NCBI GenBank assembly: GCA_030916885.1
Contig: JAUPVT010000064.1
Location: 6,618-70,617, forward strand
Length of the DNA stretch: 64,000 bases
From: Chlamydiota bacterium
GTDB taxonomy: Bacteria > Chlamydiota > Chlamydiia > Chlamydiales > Rhabdochlamydiaceae
Direction: 5' to 3'
Made by a program: the position numbers and the translations under genes. How positions within the stretch are numbered: the stretch's first letter is position 1; the number at the start of each line of letters is the position of its first letter. Shown in pieces: positions 10,446 through 20,699 of this stretch. Below the pieces are notes generated by a model. That model was not told the DNA's origin. It made no database searches and worked only from the letters and a program-made list of their open reading frames with translations.

Positions 10446-10859
10446 TTATTCCTCAACAGGGATAGCTTTTTCGAGAACTTCTTTTCTGCAAAAGACGGGA
10501 ATATTGTTTAAAAGAGAAAGGGTGATACAATCGCTAGGTCTAGCATCAATTTCTAAAATCGTTGTTTTTTCGCCGATTTTTTGTTCCAAATATAAACGTG
10601 CAAAGTAGATGGTATCTTCTACGTCATGGATCACAATCTGTGCAGTACGAATATCAAAACCAGAAAAAATAGCATGTATAAGATCGTGGGTAAAAGGACG
10701 TGGTTTTTTTTTCTCTGTTAGATGCATTTGAATATTATTTCCCACTTGCGGATCTGTGTAGATAGCAAAACGCTTTTCTTCCGTGCCAAGGATAATCACG
10801 GTATAAGAGCGTGATTGCATGATTTTATTAAAAGTAATAGGAATTAAATCAGAATCCAT
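10446..10859 (-). CDS. Bifunctional nuclease family (DUF151) protein
   Basis: RPFTHDL and IDARPSDCI motifs; located next to rpiA. Confidence 0.88.
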   Translation of the reverse strand: MDSDLIPITFNKIMQSRSYTVIILGTEEKRFAIYTDPQVGNNIQMHLTEKKKPRPFTHDLIHAIFSGFDIRTAQIVIHDVEDTIYFARLYLEQKIGEKTTILEIDARPSDCITLSLLNNIPVFCRKEVLEKAIPVEE

Positions 10860-10883
10860 ACTTTTCCTCTTTAATTTGACTAT

Positions 10884-11564
10884 TTATTGTTTAATTACAA
10901 TTTGTCCATCGAAAAATCCAATAATTACTCGTTTAACTAAATTAAAAAAGAAACCTGTATCTATAACCCCTGGAATTTGGATCAATTTTTGATGTTCTTG
11001 CTCAGGAGAAGAAATGAATGTAGGAAAATAAATATCAAAAAGATAATTTTGATTATCTGTAATATACAAAGATTGATCAATATTTGTACGTAAAAATCCT
11101 TTATAGCCCGCTTGTTCAATATGGTGAATGGTAGCTTTTGCAGCAAAGGGAAGAATTTCAACGGGGACTTTGGTTTTTCCTAACTCTTTTACCATTTTAC
11201 TCTCATCTATAATTACAAGCATTTCTTGACTCATACTTGCCATAATTTTTTCTCTTACATGCGCTCCACCAGCTCCTTTAATCATACGTTTTTGAGGATC
11301 GATTTGATCTGTTCCATCTACAGTTAAATGAAGAGAAGATATTTTATTGATATCTAAAAGGTTGAGGTCTCCTTGTTTAGCTTGGATAAAAGACTTTTGA
11401 GAGCTAGCAACAACTTCTACTTTTAATCCTTGCTGAGAACGTTGAATCAATCTTTCGATGAAATAAAAAGCAGTAGAACCCGTTCCTAGCCCAACTAGCA
11501 TATTATTTTCAACTAGCTCAGCGGCTTTGTAACCAACCTTTTTTTTTATTTCTTCTCTAGACAT
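10884..11564 (-). CDS. rpiA: Ribose-5-phosphate isomerase A
   Basis: GLGTGST, VDGTDQID, KGAGGAHVREK motifs. Confidence 0.95.
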   Translation of the reverse strand: MSREEIKKKVGYKAAELVENNMLVGLGTGSTAFYFIERLIQRSQQGLKVEVVASSQKSFIQAKQGDLNLLDINKISSLHLTVDGTDQIDPQKRMIKGAGGAHVREKIMASMSQEMLVIIDESKMVKELGKTKVPVEILPFAAKATIHHIEQAGYKGFLRTNIDQSLYITDNQNYLFDIYFPTFISSPEQEHQKLIQIPGVIDTGFFFNLVKRVIIGFFDGQIVIKQ

Positions 11565-11589
11565 AAACTAATCATGTATTTAATTATCA

Positions 11590-12351
11590 TTGCTAATGAT
11601 TACCTTACAAGATTTGTTACAATACCTCAATCAGCTTTTGCAGCCTGAGTTCTTTTCAGATGTGTGCCCAAATGGCCTACAGGTAGAGGGTAAAAAGGTA
11701 ATCTCTCGTGTTGCATTTGCTGTATCATCTAGTCTAGCAACTATTAAACAAGCAATAGCAATAAAAGCAGATGCTCTTATTGTACATCATGGGATTTTTT
11801 GGGATAAAACCTCTTATATTCTTGTGGGTTCTAAAAAACAAAAGTTTCAGCTTTTATTAGAAAATGAAATCTCTTTGTTGGCTTATCATTTGCCATTAGA
11901 TGCCCACCAAACAGTTGGTAATAATTGGAAAGTAGCTCGTGATTTAGATTTGACAAACTTAAAAGCATTTGGATCAATAGGTACAAATAAAATTGGAGTA
12001 AAGGCTCAAATTAAGCCGACTTTAGTAGAGGATTTTCAAACAAAACTAGAAACGTATTATGAGCATGTAGCACATACGGCACTAGGAGGTAAAAAACATA
12101 TAGCTTCTGTTGCCATTGTGTCTGGAGGAGCTCATTGGATGATAGAACAAGCGATTCAAGAAGGGATGGATTGTTTTGTTACAGGTAGTTTTGATGAACC
12201 AATCTGGGATTTAGCGTATGAAAATGAGATTCATTTTTTTGCCTTAGGTCATTTTTCTACAGAAAAAGTGGGTATACAATCCTTAAAACAAATCACAACT
12301 AAACATTTTGATATTCCTACCGATTTTATCAATCTTTTTAATCCATTTTAG
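11590..12351 (+). CDS. Nif3-like dinuclear metal center protein (YbgI family)
   Basis: NGLQVEG, IVHHG, AYHLPLDAH, GHFSTE motifs. Confidence 0.92.
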   Translation: MLMITLQDLLQYLNQLLQPEFFSDVCPNGLQVEGKKVISRVAFAVSSSLATIKQAIAIKADALIVHHGIFWDKTSYILVGSKKQKFQLLLENEISLLAYHLPLDAHQTVGNNWKVARDLDLTNLKAFGSIGTNKIGVKAQIKPTLVEDFQTKLETYYEHVAHTALGGKKHIASVAIVSGGAHWMIEQAIQEGMDCFVTGSFDEPIWDLAYENEIHFFALGHFSTEKVGIQSLKQITTKHFDIPTDFINLFNPF

Positions 12352-12440
12352 ATAGCGTTAAGTAAAAATTTGATTTTATATCTATTTTACTTTATTATGC
12401 GAACATTGGCTTAGTTTAAGATAATAGATAGGAGCTTTGG

Positions 12441-12746
12441 ATGAAACCCGGACACGAAAAAGAAATTGCGGAAGAAAGTTTAAAAACAAAAAAAGTAAGA
12501 GAAAAATTAAAAAAACATCTAGAATCTTTTGACCAAAAAGTCACAGCTCCTGCTCTTAAAAAGAAGTTAATTGAAATTCATAGATGGATTGAAAGACACG
12601 CCTCTCAAAGAGTTGTGTTAAAAGAAAAAAGCATATCTTTATTTGATGAAAATCGCAATGCTGCGGAATTTAGTCAGCGAGTTGGTGTTCTAGTAGAAAA
12701 GTTAAAGCAAGATATGCAAGTTATCTATAATAAAGATCGTTCTTGA
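12441..12746 (+). CDS. Hypothetical protein (charged, helical)
   Basis: 101-aa ORF with AGGAG RBS; no family recognised. Confidence 0.6.
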   Translation: MKPGHEKEIAEESLKTKKVREKLKKHLESFDQKVTAPALKKKLIEIHRWIERHASQRVVLKEKSISLFDENRNAAEFSQRVGVLVEKLKQDMQVIYNKDRS

Positions 12747-12819
12747 AGTAACATTCACAAGTTGATAAAAAATCCCTTTTAATTTAGGATAGAGGCTTTA
12801 TTTTCATTACAAGATCTTC

Positions 12820-14091
12820 ATGATTATAGAGCATTTGCAAAAGCGCGGTTTATTAGAAGCTACCACTAGTTATAAACTGATAAATCTTCTTCAAAAACCT
12901 ACTAAAGTCTACTTAGGATTTGATCCAACAGCCGATAGTTTACATATTGGTAATTTAGTTGGTATTATCGTCTTACGTTGGTTTCAAAAATTTGGCCATA
13001 TTCCCGTTGTTGTTTTAGGAGGCGCTACTGCGAGGATAGGAGATCCTTCAGGTAAAAGTACAGAACGTCCCTTACTCGATGCTCAGACAATTGCCACTAA
13101 TATGAACTCTATCATCAAGAATTTTGAACAGGTGTTGGATTTTTCAAATTCTTCTACGCGTCCTCTTATTTTTAATAATGATCAATGGTTCAAAGAATAT
13201 GCATCCATTAACTTTTTACGAGATGTAGGAAAGTATTTTCGCTTGGGCCCTATGTTAGCTAAAGACAGTATAAAAACCCGTCTTGTTTCTAAAGAAGGAA
13301 TAAGTTTTACGGAATTTAGTTATCAATTATTGCAAGCTTATGATTTCTATCGTTTGTACACGGATCATAACGTACAGGTACAGTTAGGTGGCAGTGATCA
13401 ATGGGGTAATATTACAGCTGGGATCGACTTTATACGCAAAAAAATAAGCGCACAGGTATTTGGATACACTTTTCCTCTGCTTACTCGCAATGATGGCAGA
13501 AAGTTTGGTAAAACAGAACAGGGGACTATTTGGCTTTCTAAAGATAAATGTTCTGCTTATCAATTTTATCAGTACTTCTATCGAATTCAAGATACGGAAG
13601 TTATTCATTTAATGCGCATGCTTACTTTTATGGAGTTAGAAGAGATTGCACAATACGAGCAAGTTATAAAAAGTTCAGAGTATGTTCCCAATACGGCGCA
13701 AAAGCGTTTAGCAGAAGAGATGACGCGTTTGGTTCATGGGAATTCAGGGTTGCAAATTGCTCAAAAGGTTACTCAGTGCTTAGCTCCTGGGGGTAAAGCA
13801 ATTTTAGAATTTGATGTGTTAAAAGAAATTTCAGCTAATGATATGCCCATTGAATATGTAAAACAATCTGAGTTAATTGGTCAAAAATATATAGATGTTT
13901 CTGTGAAAGTAGGTCTTGTTTCTAGTAAAAGTGAAGCAATAAGACTTATTAGTAATAATGGCGCATATCTCAATAATCAAAAAATTCATGATATAAATTT
14001 TTTAATTGAACCAGGAATGGCAATTGAAGATCGGTTTTTAGTCTTCGGTTCCGGTAAAAGAAAAAAAATATTAGTTTCTATTAAAAAATAG
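12820..14091 (+). CDS. tyrS: Tyrosine-tRNA ligase
   Basis: GFDPTADSLHIGN, QLGGSDQWGNI, KFGKT and a C-terminal S4-like domain. Confidence 0.97.
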   Translation: MIIEHLQKRGLLEATTSYKLINLLQKPTKVYLGFDPTADSLHIGNLVGIIVLRWFQKFGHIPVVVLGGATARIGDPSGKSTERPLLDAQTIATNMNSIIKNFEQVLDFSNSSTRPLIFNNDQWFKEYASINFLRDVGKYFRLGPMLAKDSIKTRLVSKEGISFTEFSYQLLQAYDFYRLYTDHNVQVQLGGSDQWGNITAGIDFIRKKISAQVFGYTFPLLTRNDGRKFGKTEQGTIWLSKDKCSAYQFYQYFYRIQDTEVIHLMRMLTFMELEEIAQYEQVIKSSEYVPNTAQKRLAEEMTRLVHGNSGLQIAQKVTQCLAPGGKAILEFDVLKEISANDMPIEYVKQSELIGQKYIDVSVKVGLVSSKSEAIRLISNNGAYLNNQKIHDINFLIEPGMAIEDRFLVFGSGKRKKILVSIKK

Positions 14092-14114
14092 TTTAAAGAC
14101 AAACCACGTTTTCC

Positions 14115-14149
14115 ACATCTCTTTGTTAAGAGATGTCGATTTTTTTTTA
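14115..14149 (+). terminator. Rho-independent terminator after tyrS
   Basis: ACATCTCTT-TGTT-AAGAGATGT followed by a T-tract. Confidence 0.65.
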
Positions 14150-14291
14150 TAAAAACAACTTGATTGAAAATCAGGACGATACAACAATGAGCCTAGTGAA
14201 TGTAAATAGATAAATACCCCTTTTCTTTTGAGATAAGAAAAGCTAAGTATTTTGAAAATGCTTATATTTAGAAACAAGGAGAGCAAGGTTT

Positions 14292-14639
14292 ATGGCAACA
14301 ATTACTAAAAAAAAGTTGATTCAGATGATTTCTAGGCATCGAGGACTGCATCCTAATGATGTACGTAATGTGATTCAATCATTTTTAGATAAAACAACAG
14401 ATTATCTCTCTGAAGGAAATCGTCTGGAATTACGCGATTTTGGGGTTTTTGAAGTAGTGGAACGAAAGCAGAAAATTGGTCGTAATCCTAAAAATGCAGA
14501 GGTTCCTATTATCATTCCTGCTAGATTGGCAGTAAAATTCACTCCAGGCAAGAAGATGCGTAAGCTAATGGAAAAGAAAAAAAAACCAATCACAGCTGCA
14601 GAACATCAATCTGTATATAAAAATATGCCAATTAGTTAA
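14292..14639 (+). CDS. ihfA: Integration host factor / HU family DNA-binding protein
   Basis: LELRDFGVFEVVERKQKIGRNPK, VKFTPGK. Confidence 0.9.
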   Translation: MATITKKKLIQMISRHRGLHPNDVRNVIQSFLDKTTDYLSEGNRLELRDFGVFEVVERKQKIGRNPKNAEVPIIIPARLAVKFTPGKKMRKLMEKKKKPITAAEHQSVYKNMPIS

Positions 14640-14647
14640 CTCAAATC

Positions 14648-14690
14648 AAGTTGCATTTCTTGTTGTTAAATAGTTGAAATGCAACTTTTT
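14648..14690 (+). terminator. Inverted repeat / terminator after ihf
   Basis: AAGTTGCATTTC-N16-GAAATGCAACTT followed by Ts. Confidence 0.6.
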
Positions 14691-14858
14691 ATCTCTATAT
14701 AACGGAGTATTCTCTATTCATTATTTTATTCTAATTTAATCTGAAATAGTTTAGAATCTTTACTATCTTAATTAGGATTAATCGACATTTCGTTAAAATT
14801 AAATATATTATGAACTTAACTCTTATCATCTAATCCTTAAAATAAGGAGAGGCTACAT

Positions 14859-15839
14859 TTGGCTATAGGAAGAATTCTACTGATTGGTTCAACTGTTTTG
14901 TTTTCTATGATAGGAATTACAGCTGTGATCAAAAAAAGTAGAGCTCATGATGAAAAAATAACCAGACAAATAGAGATAAAACCGACTCTTCCTGTGATCA
15001 TGCAACAAAAAATAGAAGTGAAAAGTACCAAGCCGCTTTCACTAAATGGAGATTTGCCTTGTATAGACCGGATTTACCAGCTCTTTTCTAAAAATCCAGC
15101 TTCTCAGTTTCCGATTGTCGAGACAATTTCTTATAGCAGCTCTGTTTCTTGGTTAGCAGGTAGGCCTGCTTGGTTAAATGATTACGCTGACTACTATCAA
15201 ACCCCTTCTTCTTTTATCTTATGTAGCCTAGATGCAAAAGGGGAATATTCTTCACAAAGAAGGATAGTAGAAGGAAACCGTTTTAACGTATTTCGCAGAG
15301 ATAAAACGATTGAGTTTTATCTACTGGTAGATGTTTCTCGTTGCAAAATGGGTTTTTATTATTTTGATTCAGGAACTAACGAAAGGGTATTGTTAAAAAC
15401 ATATTCCATTGGTTTAGGTAAATTGGATGCAAGCAAACCCTCGGGCAGTTTAACACCTCTTGGCAAATATCTTTTGGGAAAGCGGGTTGCTACTTATCAA
15501 TTGGAAAGCAAAGGGATTTACCAAAATAAAACAGTAGAAATGATTACAGTATTTGGTACTCATTGGATTCCTTTTGAGCAAGAAATAGAAAAAGCTTCGG
15601 AACCTGCTAAGGGTTATGGAGTACAAGGCTCTCCATGGATCGCTGATTCTAGCGGGCAGCTTGCAGAGGACTTGACGTGTATTGGAGGCTATAACAGTAA
15701 TGGATGCATCCGATTAGCCTCAAAAGATATAGAGGAGCTTTTTTTAATTGTGACTACCAAGCCAACATTTATTGAAATTGTTAAAGATTTTAAAGAAGCT
15801 ACCCTGCCCGGTATAGAAGTAGCAGCACCTTCACGTTAA
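14859..15839 (+). CDS. YkuD-like L,D-transpeptidase family protein, membrane anchored, with substituted His residues
   Basis: TPLGKY, FGTHWIPF, YGVQG...SNGCIRL; TTG start with AGGAG RBS; conserved position between ihf and accA. Confidence 0.75.
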   Translation: MAIGRILLIGSTVLFSMIGITAVIKKSRAHDEKITRQIEIKPTLPVIMQQKIEVKSTKPLSLNGDLPCIDRIYQLFSKNPASQFPIVETISYSSSVSWLAGRPAWLNDYADYYQTPSSFILCSLDAKGEYSSQRRIVEGNRFNVFRRDKTIEFYLLVDVSRCKMGFYYFDSGTNERVLLKTYSIGLGKLDASKPSGSLTPLGKYLLGKRVATYQLESKGIYQNKTVEMITVFGTHWIPFEQEIEKASEPAKGYGVQGSPWIADSSGQLAEDLTCIGGYNSNGCIRLASKDIEELFLIVTTKPTFIEIVKDFKEATLPGIEVAAPSR

Positions 15840-15865
15840 AAACGTGTTAGAAAAAGGAAAACATT

Positions 15866-16837
15866 ATGTTAGCTCATGAAAAACAGATTATAGAATACGA
15901 AAAGACAATCTCTCAATTAAAAGAGCAGAATAAAAAAGATAGTGCTTTATGGACAAAAGATGAAATAGAATATTTAGAAGAAAAATTAGAAAAATTAAAA
16001 AAAAATATATATTCTCAGTTAACCCCTTGGGAAAGAGTTGTGATTAGTCGCCATCCTAAAAGGCCTAAAGCAAATGACTATATTTGCAACATAACGGAAG
16101 AATTTATCGAATTGCATGGAGATAGGGTGTATGGAGATGATCCTGCAATCATATGTGGGTTGGCAAAAATAGATGATATAAATTTTATGGTGGTTGCTCA
16201 AGAAAAAGGCCATGATACAGAAAGTCGTTTACATCGCAATTTTGGAATGCCTCACCCAGAAGGATATCGCAAAGCTTTAAGATGTATGCGTCTTGCTGCT
16301 AAATTTCATCTGCCTATCTTATGTTTGATCGATACCCCAGGAGCTTACCCAGGTTTTGCTGCAGAAGAAAGAGGGCAAGGATGGGCGATTGCGCAGAATC
16401 TTTTTGAAATGAGTCGTCTTTCTACTCCAATTATTGCTGTTTTAATAGGAGAAGGATGTTCTGGTGGAGCTCTTGGGATCGGAGTAGCAGATGTAACAGG
16501 GATGTTAGAGCATTCTTATTATTCCGTAATTTCTCCAGAAGCAGGTTCTTCTATTCTTTGGAAAGATACCAACCAAAATGAAACTGCAGCTAAAGCTTTC
16601 AAAATACATGTAGAAAATCAGTTAGAGTTCAAGATTGTAGATGCAAAAATTGAAGAGCCTTTAGGTGGTGCTCATCATGATCCATTTTTTATGTATGCCC
16701 AAGTAAAAGCATTTGCTCTTGAGCAATATAATAGATTAATACATCTAGATCTAGATGTTCTTGTTGAACAACGCTATCAAAAATATCGTCAAATTGGTAA
16801 ATTCTTGGTTGAAGATTTAGGGTTACCTCAAGAGTAA
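15866..16837 (+). CDS. accA: Acetyl-CoA carboxylase carboxyltransferase alpha subunit
   Basis: GMPHPEGYRKALR, IDTPGAYPG, GEGCSGGALG. Confidence 0.97.
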   Translation: MLAHEKQIIEYEKTISQLKEQNKKDSALWTKDEIEYLEEKLEKLKKNIYSQLTPWERVVISRHPKRPKANDYICNITEEFIELHGDRVYGDDPAIICGLAKIDDINFMVVAQEKGHDTESRLHRNFGMPHPEGYRKALRCMRLAAKFHLPILCLIDTPGAYPGFAAEERGQGWAIAQNLFEMSRLSTPIIAVLIGEGCSGGALGIGVADVTGMLEHSYYSVISPEAGSSILWKDTNQNETAAKAFKIHVENQLEFKIVDAKIEEPLGGAHHDPFFMYAQVKAFALEQYNRLIHLDLDVLVEQRYQKYRQIGKFLVEDLGLPQE

Positions 16838-16859
16838 TCCTTAGGTTCAAGGAATTACC

Positions 16860-18779
16860 ATGAAATTACTTTTAGATGCTGCTTTAAGAAGCCGTCGTCA
16901 TTTATATTTATTTATCATCACTTTCTTTACACTGCTTTGTCTAACAATTTCTAGCCAAATGGAGATGTTTGCTTTAGGTGTATTATCAAATAATGGAGCA
17001 GACTTTTTTACTTTATTTTCTAAAGAAAATAGCCGAGATGTAGTCTCTTTAGAACAAGTGCAAGAGAAATGGGATCTGATCGATAAAGATCACACAGGGC
17101 ATATCACAAAACAACAAGCAACTTCTTTTATTGTAAAAAAAAATGAAGGTAATCCATTAAGTTGGATGCTTGCTAAAGTGAAACAAAAACTGCGTCTTTC
17201 TCATAATATTAAAGCTTTGATTCTAGTCTTAGTTGCTGTTGCGATCTTTAAAGCAATTTGGCTTTTTGCAAGCCGTTATACGACGCAATTACTTGCCATT
17301 CGCATTAGCAGGGATTTACGGCAGCAGTACTTTGAATATATTCAGTCTTTGCCAATGAGTTTTTATCAGCAGCATAATATTGGCAGTCTTTCTGCTCGCG
17401 TCGTTGGTGATGCAGGGCAGATAGCTACTTCTATTAATTCTTGGCTAACGAATTACTTGCAAACGCCTTTTACCATTGTTACTTGTTTGTCCATGTGCTT
17501 TTATCTCTCCTGGCGCTTATCTCTTGTCATTTTTTTTGGAGTGCCTTTAATTATTATTCCTATTGTGTTTTTAGCTCGTAGGGTTAAGAGGGTTTCTCGC
17601 CAGCTACAAAAAAATCAGGAGAGTTTTGCCAATATATTGATCGAATTTTTAGCTGGTATACAGACGGTTAAGATTTTTTCTATGGAAGGCTTTTCTTTAA
17701 AAAAATATAAGGAGCAAAATGATCGTATGGCTGTTTTAGAAAGTAAAACAGCTAAATATGGTCTTTTGACCCGTCCTATCTTACATGCAATTACTACCTT
17801 GTGTTTAGCTTGTGTTGTTTTATTTGGTCTTTATACAATTGGAATGAGTTTGTCTCAGTTGATCGTATTTTGTGGCATGCTCCAGCTTGTATATGAACCT
17901 GTTAAAAAGTTTGCTGATGAAAATGGAAATATCCAACGCGGTATTGTAGCTGCTGAGCGGATGTTTGAAGTGCTAGACATTAAGCCTGATATTCAAGATC
18001 ATCCAGATGCAACTGAACTTACTGGATTTTTTGATTCGATAGAATTCGATAAAGTGTGGTTTCGCTATCAAGGAGATTGGATTTTAAAAGATCTCTCTTT
18101 TACTGTCCGCAAGGGAGAGACAGTAGCTATTATTGGTCCGACAGGAGCTGGTAAATCAACGATTGTACAACTAATGCCTCGTCTTTACGATATTCAGCAA
18201 GGAGAGGTCCGTATCGATGGAAGGCCTTTAAAAACCTATACTCAAAAATCCTTACGTGAACACATTGCTTTTGTTTCTCAAAAACCCTTTTTGTTTTGTG
18301 ATACAATTAGTGCTAATATTGCTTTTGGGCACCCTTTTACGAGTCAAGAAATTGAAGAAGCAGCCAAAAAAGCGTATGCTGAAGAGTTTATAGAGCGCTT
18401 GCCTAATCAATATCAGACAATGCTTGCAGAATCAGGACAAAATCTCTCTGGAGGGCAACAACAGCGCTTAGCTATTGCAAGAGCTCTTGTGAAAAAAGCA
18501 CCTATTCTTATTTTAGATGAAGCAACATCTTCTCTTGATTCCATTAGCGAAATGCACATTAAAGATGCGATTATCAGCTTAAAAGGGGAGATTACGCAGA
18601 TTATCATTGCACATCGCCTTTCTACCATTGAATATGCAGATAAGATTATTTATCTTTGCCAAGGAGCTAAAATTGCTGAAGGAACCAAAGAGCAGTTATT
18701 AGAAAGCTGTCCTGAATTCCGAAAGATGTGGGAGGTTCATTATAGTTTAGAAAAAACTCCGGAAGAATCGCTATCCTAG
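16860..18779 (+). CDS. msbA: MsbA-type lipid A-core flippase, ABC transporter permease/ATPase
   Basis: TM domain, Walker A GPTGAGKS, LSGGQQQR, ILDEATSSLD; accA-msbA synteny. Confidence 0.85.
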   Translation: MKLLLDAALRSRRHLYLFIITFFTLLCLTISSQMEMFALGVLSNNGADFFTLFSKENSRDVVSLEQVQEKWDLIDKDHTGHITKQQATSFIVKKNEGNPLSWMLAKVKQKLRLSHNIKALILVLVAVAIFKAIWLFASRYTTQLLAIRISRDLRQQYFEYIQSLPMSFYQQHNIGSLSARVVGDAGQIATSINSWLTNYLQTPFTIVTCLSMCFYLSWRLSLVIFFGVPLIIIPIVFLARRVKRVSRQLQKNQESFANILIEFLAGIQTVKIFSMEGFSLKKYKEQNDRMAVLESKTAKYGLLTRPILHAITTLCLACVVLFGLYTIGMSLSQLIVFCGMLQLVYEPVKKFADENGNIQRGIVAAERMFEVLDIKPDIQDHPDATELTGFFDSIEFDKVWFRYQGDWILKDLSFTVRKGETVAIIGPTGAGKSTIVQLMPRLYDIQQGEVRIDGRPLKTYTQKSLREHIAFVSQKPFLFCDTISANIAFGHPFTSQEIEEAAKKAYAEEFIERLPNQYQTMLAESGQNLSGGQQQRLAIARALVKKAPILILDEATSSLDSISEMHIKDAIISLKGEITQIIIAHRLSTIEYADKIIYLCQGAKIAEGTKEQLLESCPEFRKMWEVHYSLEKTPEESLS

Positions 18780-18950
18780 TTTGTTTTCAAATAAATTAAA
18801 CCTTTCCCTTGTAAAAAAAAAATTTATTTTGAGTAAACTCCAGTAAAGATTATAATCTTGGGATAAAAATTTTTCTATTGTAGAAACTAAAAACGCCCTA
18901 TGAAAAGAGAATATTTATGAACAGAAGTTTTTAATGGAGTTAAAAAAAAT

Positions 18951-19208
18951 ATGACAATTAACGTTAGAATTAGCGGTGATTTTCATCGAGAATTATGTCC
19001 TTTTAAAGAAGACAATCCAAGATATCAAGACTGTAGCAATAAAGAACTGAGATTAGATTACCGTTGCTCAAAATGTGTTGCTAGATGCCTCAAATGCGAG
19101 GTGCCTCGATTAAAGGCAAATTCCCCCTATATAAGAGGCTGTCAAGAAGCGCGCCTAGCTGCAATAAGAACTTTTTCCTGTGTTTGTGTACAATATTGTG
19201 AAGTGTAA
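18951..19208 (+). CDS. Small Cys-rich hypothetical protein
   Basis: 85 aa with 10 Cys, GGAG upstream, terminator downstream; may be a relic. Confidence 0.35.
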   Translation: MTINVRISGDFHRELCPFKEDNPRYQDCSNKELRLDYRCSKCVARCLKCEVPRLKANSPYIRGCQEARLAAIRTFSCVCVQYCEV

Positions 19209-19218
19209 TAAAGAACAA

Positions 19219-19238
19219 AGCAGGCTTAAAAGCCTGCT
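19219..19238. terminator. Hairpin between convergent genes
   Basis: AGCAGGCTT-AA-AAGCCTGCT. Confidence 0.6.
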
Positions 19239-19264
19239 GTTAAACGAAAAATTTTAGAAAATTC

Positions 19265-19888
19265 TTACTTTTCAGAGTGTGCTGCTTTAAATACAAGAGC
19301 AGCGCATGTTCCACCGATTAGGTTAGCGAATAAAAACACCCAAAAATTTGCGCAGAAACTCATATCTAGCATGGTGATCCCTAAGGCAACAGCTGGATTA
19401 AATGCACCGCCTGAGATCGGTCCAACAGCATAAGCCCCTGCAAGAACTGTAAAGCCAATAGCAAAGCCATAATAGGAGTTGCCTTTTGTGGCTTTTGAGT
19501 AAGCGGTATTTAAGACAACGTAGCAAAGTGCAAAGGTGAAAATAAATTCTGCTAAAAAAGCCTTCCATACATCAAAGTGTATAGGAAATGCTTGAGAAGT
19601 GCCTTTTAAATACATAACAATCCATGCAGCTATGATAGCTCCAATGATTTGCACCAACCAATAGGCACCCAAATCTTTTACTGATAGTTTTCCTCTTATA
19701 TATACAGATAAAGAGATAGCTGGGTTATAGTGACCACCTGATACATGAGCACCAGCAAAGACCATAACAGCAAGAACAGAACCAATAGCTAAGGGAGCTA
19801 AAAGACCAGCGCTATCTGGGTTAAGCACTGTCAAACCAACAGTAAGAACTAAGAAAAAAGTTCCTATTAACTCATAAATATACTTCAT
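19265..19888 (-). CDS. Aquaporin (MIP family channel)
   Basis: Two NPA motifs (SGGHYNPAIS, SGGAFNPAVA), six TMs; ATG 19888 with GAGGA RBS. Confidence 0.93.
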   Translation of the reverse strand: MKYIYELIGTFFLVLTVGLTVLNPDSAGLLAPLAIGSVLAVMVFAGAHVSGGHYNPAISLSVYIRGKLSVKDLGAYWLVQIIGAIIAAWIVMYLKGTSQAFPIHFDVWKAFLAEFIFTFALCYVVLNTAYSKATKGNSYYGFAIGFTVLAGAYAVGPISGGAFNPAVALGITMLDMSFCANFWVFLFANLIGGTCAALVFKAAHSEK

Positions 19889-19982
19889 TTTTCCTCTCAA
19901 AATTTACTTTAAAATCTATAGTTTGTTTTTTACATTTTTTATAGATTCTTTTAAAGAAAGTTTTACTTAAGAGGAAAATAAA

Positions 19983-20699
19983 TTAAGTGTTTGTAAGAAG
20001 TGGAGTTAAAATTCCTAGTTTTTCAAAACTTTGTTTTAACGCTTTATTTTCCGTCTTATCAAAAGCACCACTAGATGCCAGCCATGTAACGTAATTACGA
20101 GGGACCTCTTCTAAAGGTTTTCCTTGATGTTTACCAAAGGGCATGCGAGATACAACTTGAGGTTTAGAAAGAAGTTGTAATACCGTTTGAATCGGTAAAT
20201 CATCAATCATAACGCTAAAGACTTGATGGAGTATAGTCACATCATCAAGAGCTCTATGTGCTTGATTAGCAGAAAAACCATAGGTTTCTCTTAAAAATTG
20301 CAGAGAGTGTCTGGGGAGGTCATTACGATATTTGCGCGCCCATTTAAGGGTATCAATGTATTGAAAAAAAGGAAGAGGAACTTCTGCTCGTTTAAATTCT
20401 GCTTCTAAAAACAATTGGTCAAAGGCGTCGTTATTATGAGCAATTAATACGGTATTGTCTGGACAAAATTGCGTAAATTTTTCTGCAATGATTTTAAAGG
20501 TGGGAGCATCTTTTACCATTTCATCAGTAATATGATGAATAATACTGGCTTCTTTTGGAATAGGGCATTCTGGGTTGATTAATTCTACAAAGGAGCGGTT
20601 TTCTAACGGGTCATAAGCTGCAATTTCAATGATTCGATCTTTAGCAGATTTTACGCCAGTTGTTTCTGTATCATAGTAAATAGGTCGTAATTTTTTCAT
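19983..20699 (-). CDS. dnaQ: DnaQ-like DEDDh 3'-5' exonuclease with a C-terminal MPFGKH (DUF3820-like) domain
   Basis: YDTETTG, AHNNDAFD, HRALDD, MPFGKHQG. Confidence 0.85.
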   Translation of the reverse strand: MKKLRPIYYDTETTGVKSAKDRIIEIAAYDPLENRSFVELINPECPIPKEASIIHHITDEMVKDAPTFKIIAEKFTQFCPDNTVLIAHNNDAFDQLFLEAEFKRAEVPLPFFQYIDTLKWARKYRNDLPRHSLQFLRETYGFSANQAHRALDDVTILHQVFSVMIDDLPIQTVLQLLSKPQVVSRMPFGKHQGKPLEEVPRNYVTWLASSGAFDKTENKALKQSFEKLGILTPLLTNT

